From NCBI GenBank assembly GCA_030390025.1, contig CM059432.1, positions 18,044,001-18,108,000 on the forward strand: a DNA stretch of 64,000 nucleotides, read 5' to 3'. Positions 23,380-35,541 of the stretch are shown in pieces; within the stretch, counting starts at the first letter, position 1; each line of letters opens with the position of its first letter. The notes under the pieces are model-generated. The model made no database searches and had not been told where the DNA came from. It saw only the letters and a program-made list of their open reading frames with translations. Position numbers and translations under genes: made by a program. Origin of the DNA: Squalus acanthias. Lineage: Eukaryota.

Positions 23380-24604
23380 TAGTATTGCATTTTTCTTTGG
23401 ACCACTTTTGGTCATCACAAGCTGCATCATTCAACCGGATTTCAAACTGCTGCTCACATCCCCAGTGAAAAAATTTTTGTAACAGAAAAAACCCAATTTA
23501 ATTACAGGGCACAAGCATGGAACAGAGAAACACTTCCAATAAAGTGGAAAATTTTACTCAGATTACAAAAAGCTACAGCGTTTATAAAACCGCCACATAC
23601 CATGGCCATTCACCCTCAGCCACTACACGGCCACATTTTGTGCAACTAAAGTATTCCACCATAACATTACAGAAGGCAGGTTACCATTTACTTCACTTTT
23701 GCTCAATGTTTTTCAAATTTTATTTGTGCTATAAATACCACTTATCATACATTTTTTTTTAAGACAACTTGACTGAACATGATAACTGCAACTCCATCTC
23801 TTCTATTTTGTGGCTGGTTCTACTCTTTGTTCAAATGTTGTACCAGCTGGGGCTTATGTGGTATTTATTGGACTTGACCCTTACAACCTATGAAATCGTG
23901 CTATGAAAACCAGACATAGCAATTAATTGCTATGTTCCTTTGCTGGACTCTTATTGTGACACAATTCCCATAATTTAAAACTGGATTAAAGTGCACACAA
24001 GTGAATACAGCAGTACAATCTTCATAGGAGGCGCTCCCCACCCCCCATGTGAAATTTAGGGTGTAAAATGGAAGGTGGGGGGGGGGGGAAATAGTGTTGG
24101 GGGGACAATTGCAACCAGTGGATTCAACAAGGTTCAGGACAATCATCAGTAATTATGTCTGTCTTTCAGCTTTATCTCAATTATTAAAAACTAGCAATCA
24201 ATAGAAAAATCAGGACGTATAAAACATTTGCACATGACCATGTCTAACCAATAATTTCAGTTACAGATTCATATTAGCATACTCATACAGGCCTCTCAAA
24301 AATACTGAATAAAGCACCAAACTAGACAATGGATTTTTAAAAACTAGACCGGTCATCGAATACTCAAATGATTGACTAAATATTGAGCTACCTCTGAAAT
24401 ATATTGCACACAGGCAAATACAAAATTCTAAGATGTACCCAATATGGCAAAGCAGTCAAAATGTCAGATTAGCAGCACTGTGAAAAATCTTAGCAGGCTA
24501 GCCAGCTCAAATTCTCAAGCTCCCTCAGCACTTATCTGTGTTCAAACATACTGTAGAAATTTCACACACAAACAATTACTTATCAAATTTAACAAGTACA
24601 TTAG

Positions 24605-25545
24605 CATAAGAACACAGGAATTGCTAGATCAAAAAAAAACAGCCAAGGTCCGTTTAGTTAGTCTTCTACCATCCTGGTCGTCGCATGATAGTGATGATGG
24701 AGTTGTTGTCTACAACAGGCCCAGACATAATGCAAGGAGAACCCCAGTGGAGGAGAGCTTTGGGAACCATAGGTCCAGTCACCTGCTCCTCCCAAGCATG
24801 CTACACTTACCACGTAATGTCACAAATTACTCATACTGTGTCCAAAATGTTATCTTCTGAAAATCTAATTTATATTTGAATGAATCAATACTAACGGCTT
24901 CCATTGTCTCCCTAGGGAGCCTGTTCTGTAGATTGACCACTCAACTCACTCACAAATATTCTTTCTGCAGATTTGTTCTGAACTTAACCCCCTTTGTGTG
25001 CGCCCTCTGGTTCTACTGTTCTGTACAAGGTGAAATAGCTTGTTATGGTCTACATTATCTAGTTCCTTTAGAATCCTAAAAACTGCAATCATATCACCTC
25101 ACAGCCTTCTCTTTTCCAGCAACATACCCAATTTACATAAATCGCCCCTCATAACCCAAGGTCTTCATTCCCCAAATCATTCTGGTTTCTCTCTTCTGTA
25201 TCCTTTCAATAGCTGTAATATCCTTTCTGTACTATGGCAACCAGAACTGTACACAGTATTCTAAGTGCAGTTGTACCAATGATTTATAAAGGGGCAGGAT
25301 TACCTCACTATTTCGGCTCAATGTTGACCTTTTAATACATCTCAACATCTGATTTGCTTTACTCACTGCCACCGAGCATTGTTACGATAGCTTCAATTTA
25401 TTGTCAATCAAGATCCCCAGATCTCGTTCATTTTCCATGCACATTATTTTCTTTTATTAGAGTAACAGTCCCTTCCTGGATTTTTTGTCCCCATGGGAAG
25501 CAATTTGCATTTTTCATCTACCACCTGTCTGCCCAATTTCCAAGT
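24605..25545 (-). mobile_element. Old CR1-type 3' fragment
   Basis: cataagaac tail; ggcaaccagaactgtacacagtattctaagtg reads HLEYCVQFWLP on the minus strand. Confidence 0.75.
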
Positions 25546-28068
25546 ATATTCAAATCCTCCTGTAGCTTATTCTGTTCAGCTTTGGAGTCTACCACCTTCA
25601 TCAGCAATTCCAGAAAAAAATCTCAGAATCCAGTGCACACTTCAACCATTGCTTTTGGAAACAGGACCACTAACTACACTCAAAAGCGATAGCAATAAAT
25701 ACAAGGCTCAGGAGATCCAGGAGCTAATAAGCCGCAAGCGATTCCTGATCTGGAAACAGCAACAGAACTAGAGAGCAAGAAAGCAGCTCTACAGACGCCT
25801 GAAGGCCGAGGTCCAACAAAATACTCGTGACCTAAAGAACAGATGATGGGTGGAGAAAGCGCAGGAGATCCAGCAGCTAGCCGACAACCACGACATGCGT
25901 GGATTCTTTAGCGCAGTCAAGACCATCTACGGCCCAAGCACCCAAGGCCCTACCCCACTGCGGGCCAAGAATGGAGAGGTACTCATCAAGGACAGAGAGG
26001 CAGTCAGTGCCCGCTGGAAGGAACACTTCGAAGATCTCCTTAACCGAGACTCTGTCTTCGACGTGAGTGTCCTCAACTCCATCCCGCAGCATGCTACCCG
26101 CCACCATCTCAGCACAACCCCAGCCCGGTATGAGGTTGAAAAGGCCATCCAACAACTAGGCCTCAGGAGCAGATGGAATCCCCGCTGAGGCACAAAAGCA
26201 TGGTGGAGAAGCACTACTGGCGCGAATTCATGAACTAATTTCTCTTATCTGGAAGGAGGAGAGCATGCCAGGGGATCTCAGACGCCGTAATTGTGACCAT
26301 CTTCAAGAATGGTGACAAGTCCGATTGCGGTAATTACAGAGGAGTTTCCCTGCTGTCTGCCACAGGGAAAGTCATCGCAAGAATCCTCCTCAAATCGCCT
26401 TCTCCCAGCAGCCGAAGAGTTCCTCCCAGAGTTGCAATGCGGATTCCGCCCACTAAGGGGCACAATGGACATGATCTTCACTGCACGTCAATTACAAGAG
26501 AAATGCAGGGAACAGCACCAACCGCTATACATGACCTTCTTTGATCTCACAAAGGCCTTCGACACTGTCAACAGTGAGGGATTATGGAATGTCCTCCTCA
26601 AATTCGGCTGCCCTCAAAAGTTCATCATCCTCCGCCTGCTTCACGACGACATGCAAGCCGTGATCCTGACCAACGGTTCCACCACAGACCCAATTCATGT
26701 ATGAACCGGGGTCAAGCAAGGCTGTGTCATCGCACCAACGCTCTTCTCGATCTTCTTTGCTGCAATGCTCCATCTCACCCTCAGTAAGCTCCCCACTGGA
26801 GTGGAGCTAATTTACAGAACAAACGGGAAACTGTTCAACCTCCGTCGCCTCCAGTCCAGATCTAAGGTTGTCCCATCCTCTGTCGTCGAATTACAGTACG
26901 CAGACGACACTTGCGTCTGCGCTCACTCGGAGGTCGAACTCCAAACCATCGTCAACACCTTCACCAAAGCGTACGAGAGCATGGGCCTTACACTAAACAT
27001 CCGTAAGACAAAGGTCCTCTACCAACCTGCCCCCGCCACACAGTACTGCCCCCCGATTATTAAAATCCACAACAAGGCCTTGGACAACGTGGACCACTTT
27101 CCATACCTCGGGAGCCTACTGTCAACAAGAGCAGACGTCAATGACGAAGTCCAACACCACCTTCAGTGTGCCAGTGCAGCCTTCGGTCGCCTGAGGAAGA
27201 GAGAGTGTTTGAAGCCCAGGACCTCAAACCCGGCACTAAGCTCATGGTCTACAGAGCAGCAGTGATACCCGCCCTGCTGTATGCCTCAGAGACATGGACC
27301 ATGTACAGCAGGCACCTCAAAGCACTGGAGAGGTACCGCCAATGCTGCCTCCGCAAGATCCTGCAAATCCATTGGCAGGATAGGCGCACCAACGTCAGTG
27401 TTCTTGCTCAGGCCAACATCCCCAGCATCGAAGCTTTGACCATGCTCGATCAGCTCCGATGGACGGGTCACATTGTCCGCATGCCCGATACGAGACTCCC
27501 AAAACAAGCGCTCTACTCGGAGCTCCGACACGGTAAGAGAGCCCCAGGTGGGCAGAGGAAATGCTTCAAGGACACCCTCAAAGCCTCCTTGAAAAAGTGT
27601 AACATCCCCACCGACACCTGGGAATCCCTGGCCGAAGACCGCACAAAGTGGAGGAGAAGCATCCTGGAAGGCGCTGAACACCGAGTCTCTTCACTGGGAG
27701 CAAGCGGAAGCCAAGCGCAAACACCGGAAGGAGCACACGTCAACCCAAGTCCCGCACCCACCCGCCCCTTCAACCACCGTCTGCCCCACCTGTGACAGAG
27801 ACTGTAGGTCCTGCATTGGACTCATCAGTCACCTGCGAACTCATTTTTAATGTTGAAGCAAGTCATCCTCGGTTCCGAGGGACTGCCCAAGAAGATGATG
27901 ATATTCAAATCCTCCTGTAGCTTATTCTGTTCAGTTTTGGAGTCTACCACCTTCATCAGCGATTCCAGAAAAAAGTTTCTCCGAATCCAGTGCACACTTC
28001 AACCATAGCTCTTGGAAACAGGACCACTAACTACACTCAAAAGCGATAGCAATAAATACAAGGCTCAG
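25546..28068 (+). repeat. ~166-bp direct repeats (25546-25711 and 27901-28068) flanking the RTE: long target-site duplication
   Basis: atattcaaatcctcc...acaaggctcag is present on both sides with only a handful of differences. Confidence 0.92.
25712..27900 (+). mobile_element. 5'-truncated RTE-clade (BovB-like) LINE with frameshifted RT
   Basis: ELQCGFRP.RGT.DMIF..RQLQEKCREQ, DLTKAFD, GVKQGC, LQYADD, LYASETWT, QLRWTGH; 3' microsatellite-like tail gaagatgatg. Confidence 0.96.
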
Positions 28069-28540
28069 ATTTCTAAAATGACTCCGTTCAACTCTGTAAA
28101 ACAATCAGACGATTACAGTACATCACATTTCTATACCCTTGAGCAAATTATTTACTGTATAATTTCCAATAATGGTTATATTACACCCTTAGACTTATTT
28201 GCCAATTTGCAAACCAAGTAATTCCTTCCAATTCTAGACAGCAGGACTGAACTGGTGCTAATGTGGTGGGACTTAGTAGGTCATCGACTAGTACAGCAGG
28301 ACTGTGTGCGATATGCTCAGATCATCAAATTCGACAAATGATGTACAGAATTTGCTGCCATTGCCATACACAAAACAATTTAACAGTAGATGAGCAATTT
28401 CATCCCATCATTTGTTTATAAAGCAAACACAGATTTGAACAGTCAATTCCTCTTAATCCATTAGATTTATTTAAGGGAAGGCTGTTTGCATGCCGTATGA
28501 TTTTAAGAAAGCTACTACATGTGCAGTTAATATTATAGCA

Positions 28541-28913
28541 TCTATATTAAAACTTTTATGACTATGTACACTTCTGTTGTACACTTTAAACTTGTTACGC
28601 TATAATTATACCCTTCCACCTGTGGTACTGTTGTAGCATCTTAGTTTTGCAACTCCCAACTCCTCAGCCTGTACAGGGAAACTCCCAGTGTTTCAAGCAA
28701 CTCTAGTTCCCAAACTGGCGAAAGTTTTGCTATTTAAATCAAAATGTAAAATCAAAAAATTATACAAAAATGAGGAAATGTATGGTTTCAAAATGAAGAA
28801 TGAATTATGCCTGCTTGCCCTGGTTCAATGATGCCTTGCCCTCTAACCCTACTTCACTTGAAGGCTACACTTGGTCTCGACTCCGTGTGTGCAATGCACG
28901 GGAAAATTACTAG
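28541..28913 (+). mobile_element. Non-autonomous Helitron copy 3 (apparently complete, 373 bp)
   Basis: A|TCTATATT 5' end; CCGTG-tgtgcaatg-CACGG hairpin 8 nt before CTAG|T; no TSD. Confidence 0.75.
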
Positions 28914-29547
28914 TATGTGTTTATTAGATCTGGACAACATACAGTCAAGTACCAGCCATACCTCTGTGGACAAGCAGACTTGACAGGTTAGCAAATAGAT
29001 ATCTGGGAGCATTTTTCAAGGCTACAACATGATCGAGGTATTCAAAGAGGCAAGGTATTTGAAGTGACAAGCAAGAGTGCAAGGCAAATGTCTCAAACAC
29101 TAAGATCTGTGATGACCTTCAAACACATCACTATCTAGCTTGTATTCAATGTGAAATATATTCTGCAAGATTTACCAGAACAGCTTTTTTCTTTTGAAAA
29201 GATGAATAGATACAACTGTCGAGGGCAGAGTCCTGGGAATCTGATTGAGGAGTTCAAAAGCAAATGGGAGATGGTAAGAGGAACAGACTCTGCAGGCAAA
29301 GAATGGGAAGAGATTGATTACCGCACCACCATTAATAGCCAATAGCAATTTGTGAGCTAGGTACTGATGTATATAATATACAGACATTTCTTTTGTCATT
29401 TATTTGACAGCTTTCAGTTAATCTCTCCAATAGACATTCTGCACGGAGGTGTACATCTGGAATACTATAGATCTTAATTCCAGTGATTCTGATCTTTGAA
29501 GGTTATTATTTGTAATGTAATGAAGTATTCAGCAAAGAATGTTTGCA

Positions 29548-29957
29548 TGAAAAAGACTTGCATTTATATAGCACCTTTCACAACCAATGAAGTACTTCAA
29601 TCGCCGTTGTAATGTAGGAAACGCAGCAGCCAATTTGCACACAGCAAGCTCCCACAAACAGCAATCTGATAATGACCAGATATCTGTTTTTAGTGATGTT
29701 GATTGAGGGATAAATATTGGCCAGGACACCAGGGATAACTCCCACGCTCTTCTTCGAAATAGTGCTATGGGATCTTTTACGTCCACCTGAGAGAGCAGAC
29801 GGGGCCTCGGTTTAACGTCTCATCTGAAAGGCAGCACTCCCTCAGTACTGCACTGGGGTGTCAGTCTGGATTTTTTTTGTGCTCAAGTCTCTGGAGTGGG
29901 ACTTGAACCCACAACCTTCTGACTCAGAAGAGTGCGCTACCAACTGAGCCAGTAGCT
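29548..29957 (-). mobile_element. tRNA-derived Deu-domain SINE (SacSINE1/AmnSINE-like)
   Basis: Pol III A/B boxes (tggctcagttgg; ggttcaagtcc); Deu-like core gatgagacgttaaaccgaggccccgtc...gtaaaagatcccatagcac; L2-like tail. Confidence 0.88.
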
Positions 29958-30970
29958 GTGGGAAGAGGTTTGCCAACTTTTACCTTTTGTTGCAAAATTG
30001 TATAAACTGAGACATAGCATGTTTAGTAAACTCATTTCATTCAATACAAGTCAACAATTGTCATCAAAACAGTTAACTAGTAACTTACTAAAAAGCCAAA
30101 AGGTGATTACTGGCTTATAGCAACCGAGAAAAATTCCAATTCTGTTATTTTATGGGATTTTGTAACCAGTATTTTGGGGATTGAATTTTGCAATTCCAAC
30201 AATTTAAAAGTTAGGGGTCACTAACTTAACAACTGAAGTCAAATTCTGCATTTATTACAGGGTATTATTGTATTTTCACCATGTTTTGTAGAACTTTTGT
30301 GATTCCATCCATTTTTCTGTGAATAACTGGAAATGAGTGTTCTTGGTCATTCAGCAAGTAAGCAATAATAAACAGCAAAGCATAGTTACTAAATTACTAC
30401 AGTTAGTAATCATTTTGTAGAAGACTGCAGTGTGTCCATAATTAAAATGTCATTATAATTTACAACAAGATGCTAAAAATTACTAGTTTCCTCTAGAGCT
30501 TTCCCACAATTAAGGACAGTAAAAAGGTGTGAATGTTGTTATACTGCCTGCTCTCTTGCCAGGAAGGCACACCCACCCTAGTGCAGGTTGCCCGCTGAGT
30601 AACTATAAATTCCCAACAAGGAAAGCAAACAGAAAGTTTATTTTCCATATGTTTGAACTTCCCCTTTATAAGTGAAAAGTATTTACATCTCTAATAACCG
30701 TAAATGCAGAGCTAAAATTGCAAAAGGAAAGACTTCTGTAAAACGTTACACCATAATATCCAAGACGCTAAGTTGGCAAATAAATATCAAATAACCCAAT
30801 TATCTATGTCTTATACGCCTCGATTTTAAAATTCTCATCCTTGTTTTCAAATCACTCCATGACCTCGCCCCTCCCTATCTCCTACAGCCCCACAACCCTC
30901 CAAGATATCTGCGCTCCTCTAATTCTGGCAGCTTCAGCATCCCCAACTTTAGTCTCCACCATTGGTGGCT

Positions 30971-31782
30971 GGAGGGAAGAGAGAAAACGGGGAACTACAG
31001 ACCAGTTAGTCTGATTATCAGTCATAGGAAAAATCGATTATTAAGGACATGGTAACAGGGCACTTGGAAAATAATAATAGGATTGGGCAGAGTCAACACG
31101 GATTTATGAAATGAAATCGTGTTTGACAAATCTATTAGTGTTTTTTGAGGTTGTAACGAGCAGAATAGATAAGGGGGAAACCAGTGTATGTGGTATATTT
31201 GGATTTTCAGAAGGCATTCGATAAGGTGCCACACAAGAGGTTATTATTAAACAAAATTAGGGCTCATGGGATTGGGGGGTAATATACTACAGGAAACTTT
31301 CGTTTATCCGGCACCCAAATATCCGGAATTCTCGCTTAACCGGCAAAAATCATCCTCCGAAAACTCCTCTCAAATAACCGGCAATGTTGCCGAGTCGCAG
31401 TCGAGTCTCCGCGAACGCCGAGTGCTCCGAAAAATCCTCTCAAATAACCGGCAATGTTGCCGATCCCGAGTCCGAGTCCGAGTCCGCGAACGCCGATTTA
31501 GTCAGTAGGGGTACTTTTCAAAAGTGCCACTACTCGGCCTCCTGGCGCTGTCGCAAGTCCGAAACATTGCAGTAGCATGAGTAGATTCTCCCGTGCTGCT
31601 TGGAGTCTCTTTGTTAAAAATAGCCTCAGTAGATATAACTCTCTGTTATCCGGTACTTTCGATAAACCGGCACCACGCCGGTCCCGTCGATGCCGGATAA
31701 ACGAAAGTTTCCTGTAGTACGGATTGAGGATTGGTTAACAGACAGAAAACAGAGAGTAGGAATAAACGGGTCATTTTCAGGT
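30971..31782 (+). mobile_element. Internal CR1 RT fragment, split by a Tigger-like MITE
   Basis: GGREKTGNYRPVSL...[11 protein letters not shown]...[16 protein letters not shown]. Confidence 0.9.
31290..31714. mobile_element. Tigger/pogo-like MITE inserted at a TA in CR1
   Basis: TIRs CAGGAAACTTTCGTTTATCCGGCA (24-bp perfect match); TA TSD; the CR1 flanks rejoin as ggtaatatac-TA-gtacggattgagg. Confidence 0.95.
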
Positions 31783-32199
31783 TGTGGCTCAGTGTCTAAT
31801 TTTGTTTGCCAACGCTCCTGTGAAGCGCCTGGAGACGTTTTACGTTAAAAGCGCTATATAAATGCAAGTTGTTGTTGTTGTTGTTATGCTGATCATTTCA
31901 ATTCTCTGAGTTTTAAATCATCAATATAAAAACAGCTCTAAATTGGAGTATATTTTTTACAAAGCTAATATCCAAATCAGATTACAATAGAAAAGCAGAG
32001 AGGCACTTTTCCCCCGTCTGCATTAAACTAAGGTCTTGCACTAAAGTCTGCAGGGCAGGACACAACCAATGCCATGTATAGTAGGACACAAGATACATTG
32101 TACCCAATGGTAGCAGTTAGGGGACGCCAAACTGGGATTTTAATCGTCTGTATATTGCAGGATAAAAGATTGAGGGAAGTTGAGAGGTCCCAGGAAAGA

Positions 32200-32875
32200 A
32201 ACCCTCTGCAACTCGTTTACATAACTCGGCCCCCCTCCCATGCAAAAGACCAGTTCACGGGCATTTGGTACATTTACGCCAGGAATGCGCTGGCGCGAAC
32301 TTACGCTCAAAAATTTAGGCACAGCATTGTTCAAGGTCACCGGATATTGGCGTAACTGACATTTCTGGAGTTTGATGATTTTCTTCGCCAGTTTCTTTTA
32401 ATTTTTCCATCAGTCTCAGTGCCCCCTCCCCACGTGTTCAGAAGTACCAAGCAGCTGGAACAGTCTTCCCAATGGGCATACCCCTGTTCTGCATAATAAT
32501 GGAGGAAAAGCTGCAGATGCAAGAGGCTCGGAGAGTGAGGCACCATGACAGAACACAGCAAGCCTACCCGCTATATCCCCTATGGGTGGCGCTGTATTTG
32601 CCCTTATTTTACGCCGATTTTTACATTCTGGTATGGGCAAATTAGCTCCGCAGGAAATTTGGTGGCAAGTTCCATCGGCAAGATCACCGTAGAAACTGGT
32701 ATACATTTTAGCGTAAATAGGATCGAAGAATCGAGGAAATTCGGAGCCTTTATTCCATCTAATGCATCACGTAGGGGTTACATTTCCTCAGCAGAAACTC
32801 CATTTACGCGCATTAACATGGTTTACGCCAAAGTTATGGCAGCTGATCCGGGAGAAACCTGAAGAAATTTCCAAT
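32200..32875. mobile_element. Degraded CpG-rich MITE-like element (Harbinger-like, termini unclear)
   Basis: Repeated ttacgcc/ggcgtaa motifs like Harbinger subterminal repeats; no clean TIR found. Confidence 0.4.
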
Positions 32876-33621
32876 GACAGTCTGATAGAAATGTTACGGC
32901 AAAATATAATTTACATTGGAGGAAAGCAACTGGATATTTCTATATGACACAGAGCATCTGCTATTTAAATATTAGGGTGGACAGAAAATTGCCTAAAGAG
33001 ACACAAAGTACACAATATCTGAAGCAGAACCAGAGTTCTAAAATTAAAGTAAATGAACCATGGTAGACTGATCTGCGACAGTTAAAAACTGGTGAGAGGG
33101 GAAAAAAAAGTACATTCCACATCAGCAATTTATGAGTCAGCAGACTGTGGTTCCGCAACTGGTCTACCAAAATATTATACTAATGCAGTATTGGATCACT
33201 TTTAGTGGAAGCCAAAGCAGAAAATTGTCATAGACCTCAATTGCTGGGTTGGCAGAAATTAAGAAACCATTACCTTTTAGCAATTCTGAAGCATAAAGAT
33301 ATCCAGTAACCGCCAATGAATCTTCCTGCTCAAATTACAGCACCTGGACTGGATTTAAATTATAGTGTCTGAACTGTGCCACCCAATCCCAAGCTGCACA
33401 TTTTTTAAAATTTATTTTTCACAACTAGCTAACTATGCATTTACACAAAGGGGAAAAAAAAAGAAATGAGCATCCAGCATCAACCATTTCCACTGACCAA
33501 TTTCTGTGATGTCAGAACAGCGATGGCACAACCAAGCAATAACATCCAGCAATCCTAAAGTGATAATGTTTCTTTAATTTTTACTCATTAGTCCTTAGTA
33601 CGTACTTATCCTGCACACGCA

Positions 33622-33932
33622 GTAGTGTCTTTTGGATGAGACGTTAAAACGAGGCCTCTCTGCTTTCTCAGGTAGACGTAAAAGATCCCACGGCACGATT
33701 TGAAGAGGAGCAGGGGCGTTCTCCCGGTGTCCAGGCCAATATTTATCCCTCAACCAACATCACAAACAGATTATCTGCTCATTATCACATTGCTGTTTGT
33801 GGGACCTTGCTGTGCACAAATAGACTTCCTTTTTTCTACATTGACCTCAAAAGTACTTCACTGGTTGTCAAGCGCTTTGGGGTGTCCCGAGGTCATGAAA
33901 GGCGCTATATAAAAAGCAAATTCTTTCTTTCT
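33622..33932 (+). mobile_element. Deu-domain SINE, 5'-truncated
   Basis: Core and tail match 37896-38342. Confidence 0.85.
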
Positions 33933-33939
33933 TTATTAT

Positions 33940-34560
33940 CCTTAAAGGTATTGCTTTTGTGCTCAACTGAAGTTTTCTTGAATACTAGCCCTCCCCCTTT
34001 CAATTTATTGAAGTTCCTCCCTCATTGGCTTAGGTTGGCCTTTTTAAACTTGTACACTTGCACCACAGACTTGCAGCACTGGATTAACCAGAAAGTCTTC
34101 AAATTTAATCGGTTATGGTCAGTGTCACTACTTCCACTCTCAATATGCTATCTGGGTCACCTGCCTCTACCAGGTCGAGAGGAGAGTTGCCTCTTCTGGC
34201 ATCCCCAACGCACTGGGTCAGAAAGTAGTGATGCATTATATTTACTGGCTCAGACTCTAGTCTAGTTAAACATCCCCGTTTCTATCAGGTTGGTTAAAGA
34301 ACCCCTGTGTGCACAGACCTTTATTTCTTCATAAAATAAGTTATCATCCTACTATAGACTTGGTGATCGGTAATAAACCTCTAGAATTCCTTCTTTGGCA
34401 CTACATGCTTCCACAGCTAGGCTATGCCACTGGAACGTAAATGCTGTACCACTGTGTCTACACCCTAGAGCTACTCCACCTTCTTTCCAATCTAGCTTGT
34501 CCTTCCTGAAAGCTCCAAACCTGTCACCACCATGTAATAAGGATCTCAGAAATCTAGTTC
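33940..34560 (-). mobile_element. Old CR1 endonuclease-region fragment
   Basis: Minus strand reads FRKDKLDWKEGGVAL...VYYRSP and gDvfN-like, a degenerate APE domain. Confidence 0.6.
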
Positions 34561-35541
34561 CCAACTGCCACAGCAGTCTCACATTCAGTCATCCTGTTGC
34601 AAATATACATATACTCCTCTTAATAACCAATTCAAAACTAGAGATGAAAATCTTATTTTAAAACTGTCACATTTCTATAGTTTGGCACAAGCCTAGGTTT
34701 AGGAGAGAAGAGAAACGTTGCAAGTGTACATACAACTATATTAATAAAAACAGAAAACTTGCAGCGACACCAGGACTCATTAAAAATAAAACCATTTTGA
34801 ATAAAGAACTGCAGAAATATCCACACTGGCCATCAGTTTGCATCTTCCAGCTGGTGGCTTAAGAGACAGAGGCCATTGGCAGGTCATTTAATCTGGCTTT
34901 GTGACTGGAAATGGCGCAAGACTCAGTAGATTTTTGAGAAAGGATGTTTTTAAAAATTGGAGTGCATTTTCAGATTTGCTCCATTCTTTAGGAATGTTAT
35001 ATGAAGTTTTTGAAGTATTAAAGGCACAAGACAAAAAGACAAGCTTAAACAGAGAAAAATCACTTAACAGATTTCAGACTCCAGTGCTATGGATTTCAAT
35101 CAAGACTATTAACACTGGACATATAAAGCTAGAAATGCTGGTTTTGAAACAAGGACATGCAGGACAACAAGTTTTCTATTATGCTGTCACTATCTCTAAC
35201 ATTGATGATTTTTGTACTCTACTCACGGGCTCGACGGGCCAAATGGCCTCCTTGTGTGGTGTAACCATTTTATGATTCTAGTGTGCAAGGGTCAAAAACT
35301 CCAGTGGCCCAGGTTCGGTAGGGGCTGTAATTTTTAAGTACAAACCAACAGAAGCTATTTCTTAGACCGTTTACAACTCCGAATCGCCACTTTGGAGTTC
35401 AAAACTGCTGAGATTTTAAAATCGCTAGCAGGCCCTAAAATATCAATTTAACATTTAAAAAAATAATATTAATTCAGATTCAAACAGCAGCACCATTTAT
35501 ATATATCTATATAATTTATTTATGCTGCTACTTGAAATTGT

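Larger units (their letters stand above)
30815..31885 (+). mobile_element. L2 3' fragment (30815-30970, tail 31783-31885) interrupted by a CR1 fragment
   Basis: tttaaaattctcatccttgttttcaaatc... and the gcgctatataaatgcaagttgttgttg tail, colinear with the L2 at 47098-47800. Confidence 0.8.

Noticed and set aside
23330..23385. Pre-miRNA or snoRNA hairpin repeated three times
   Set aside because: No recognisable miRNA or C/D or H/ACA boxes; the copies are diverged, and the termini fit a Helitron 3' hairpin plus CTRR better.
21532..31575. Repeated ORFs QETFVYPAPKYPEF... and MLPSRSRVSANAE...
   Set aside because: Incidental frames in the Tigger-like MITE copies.
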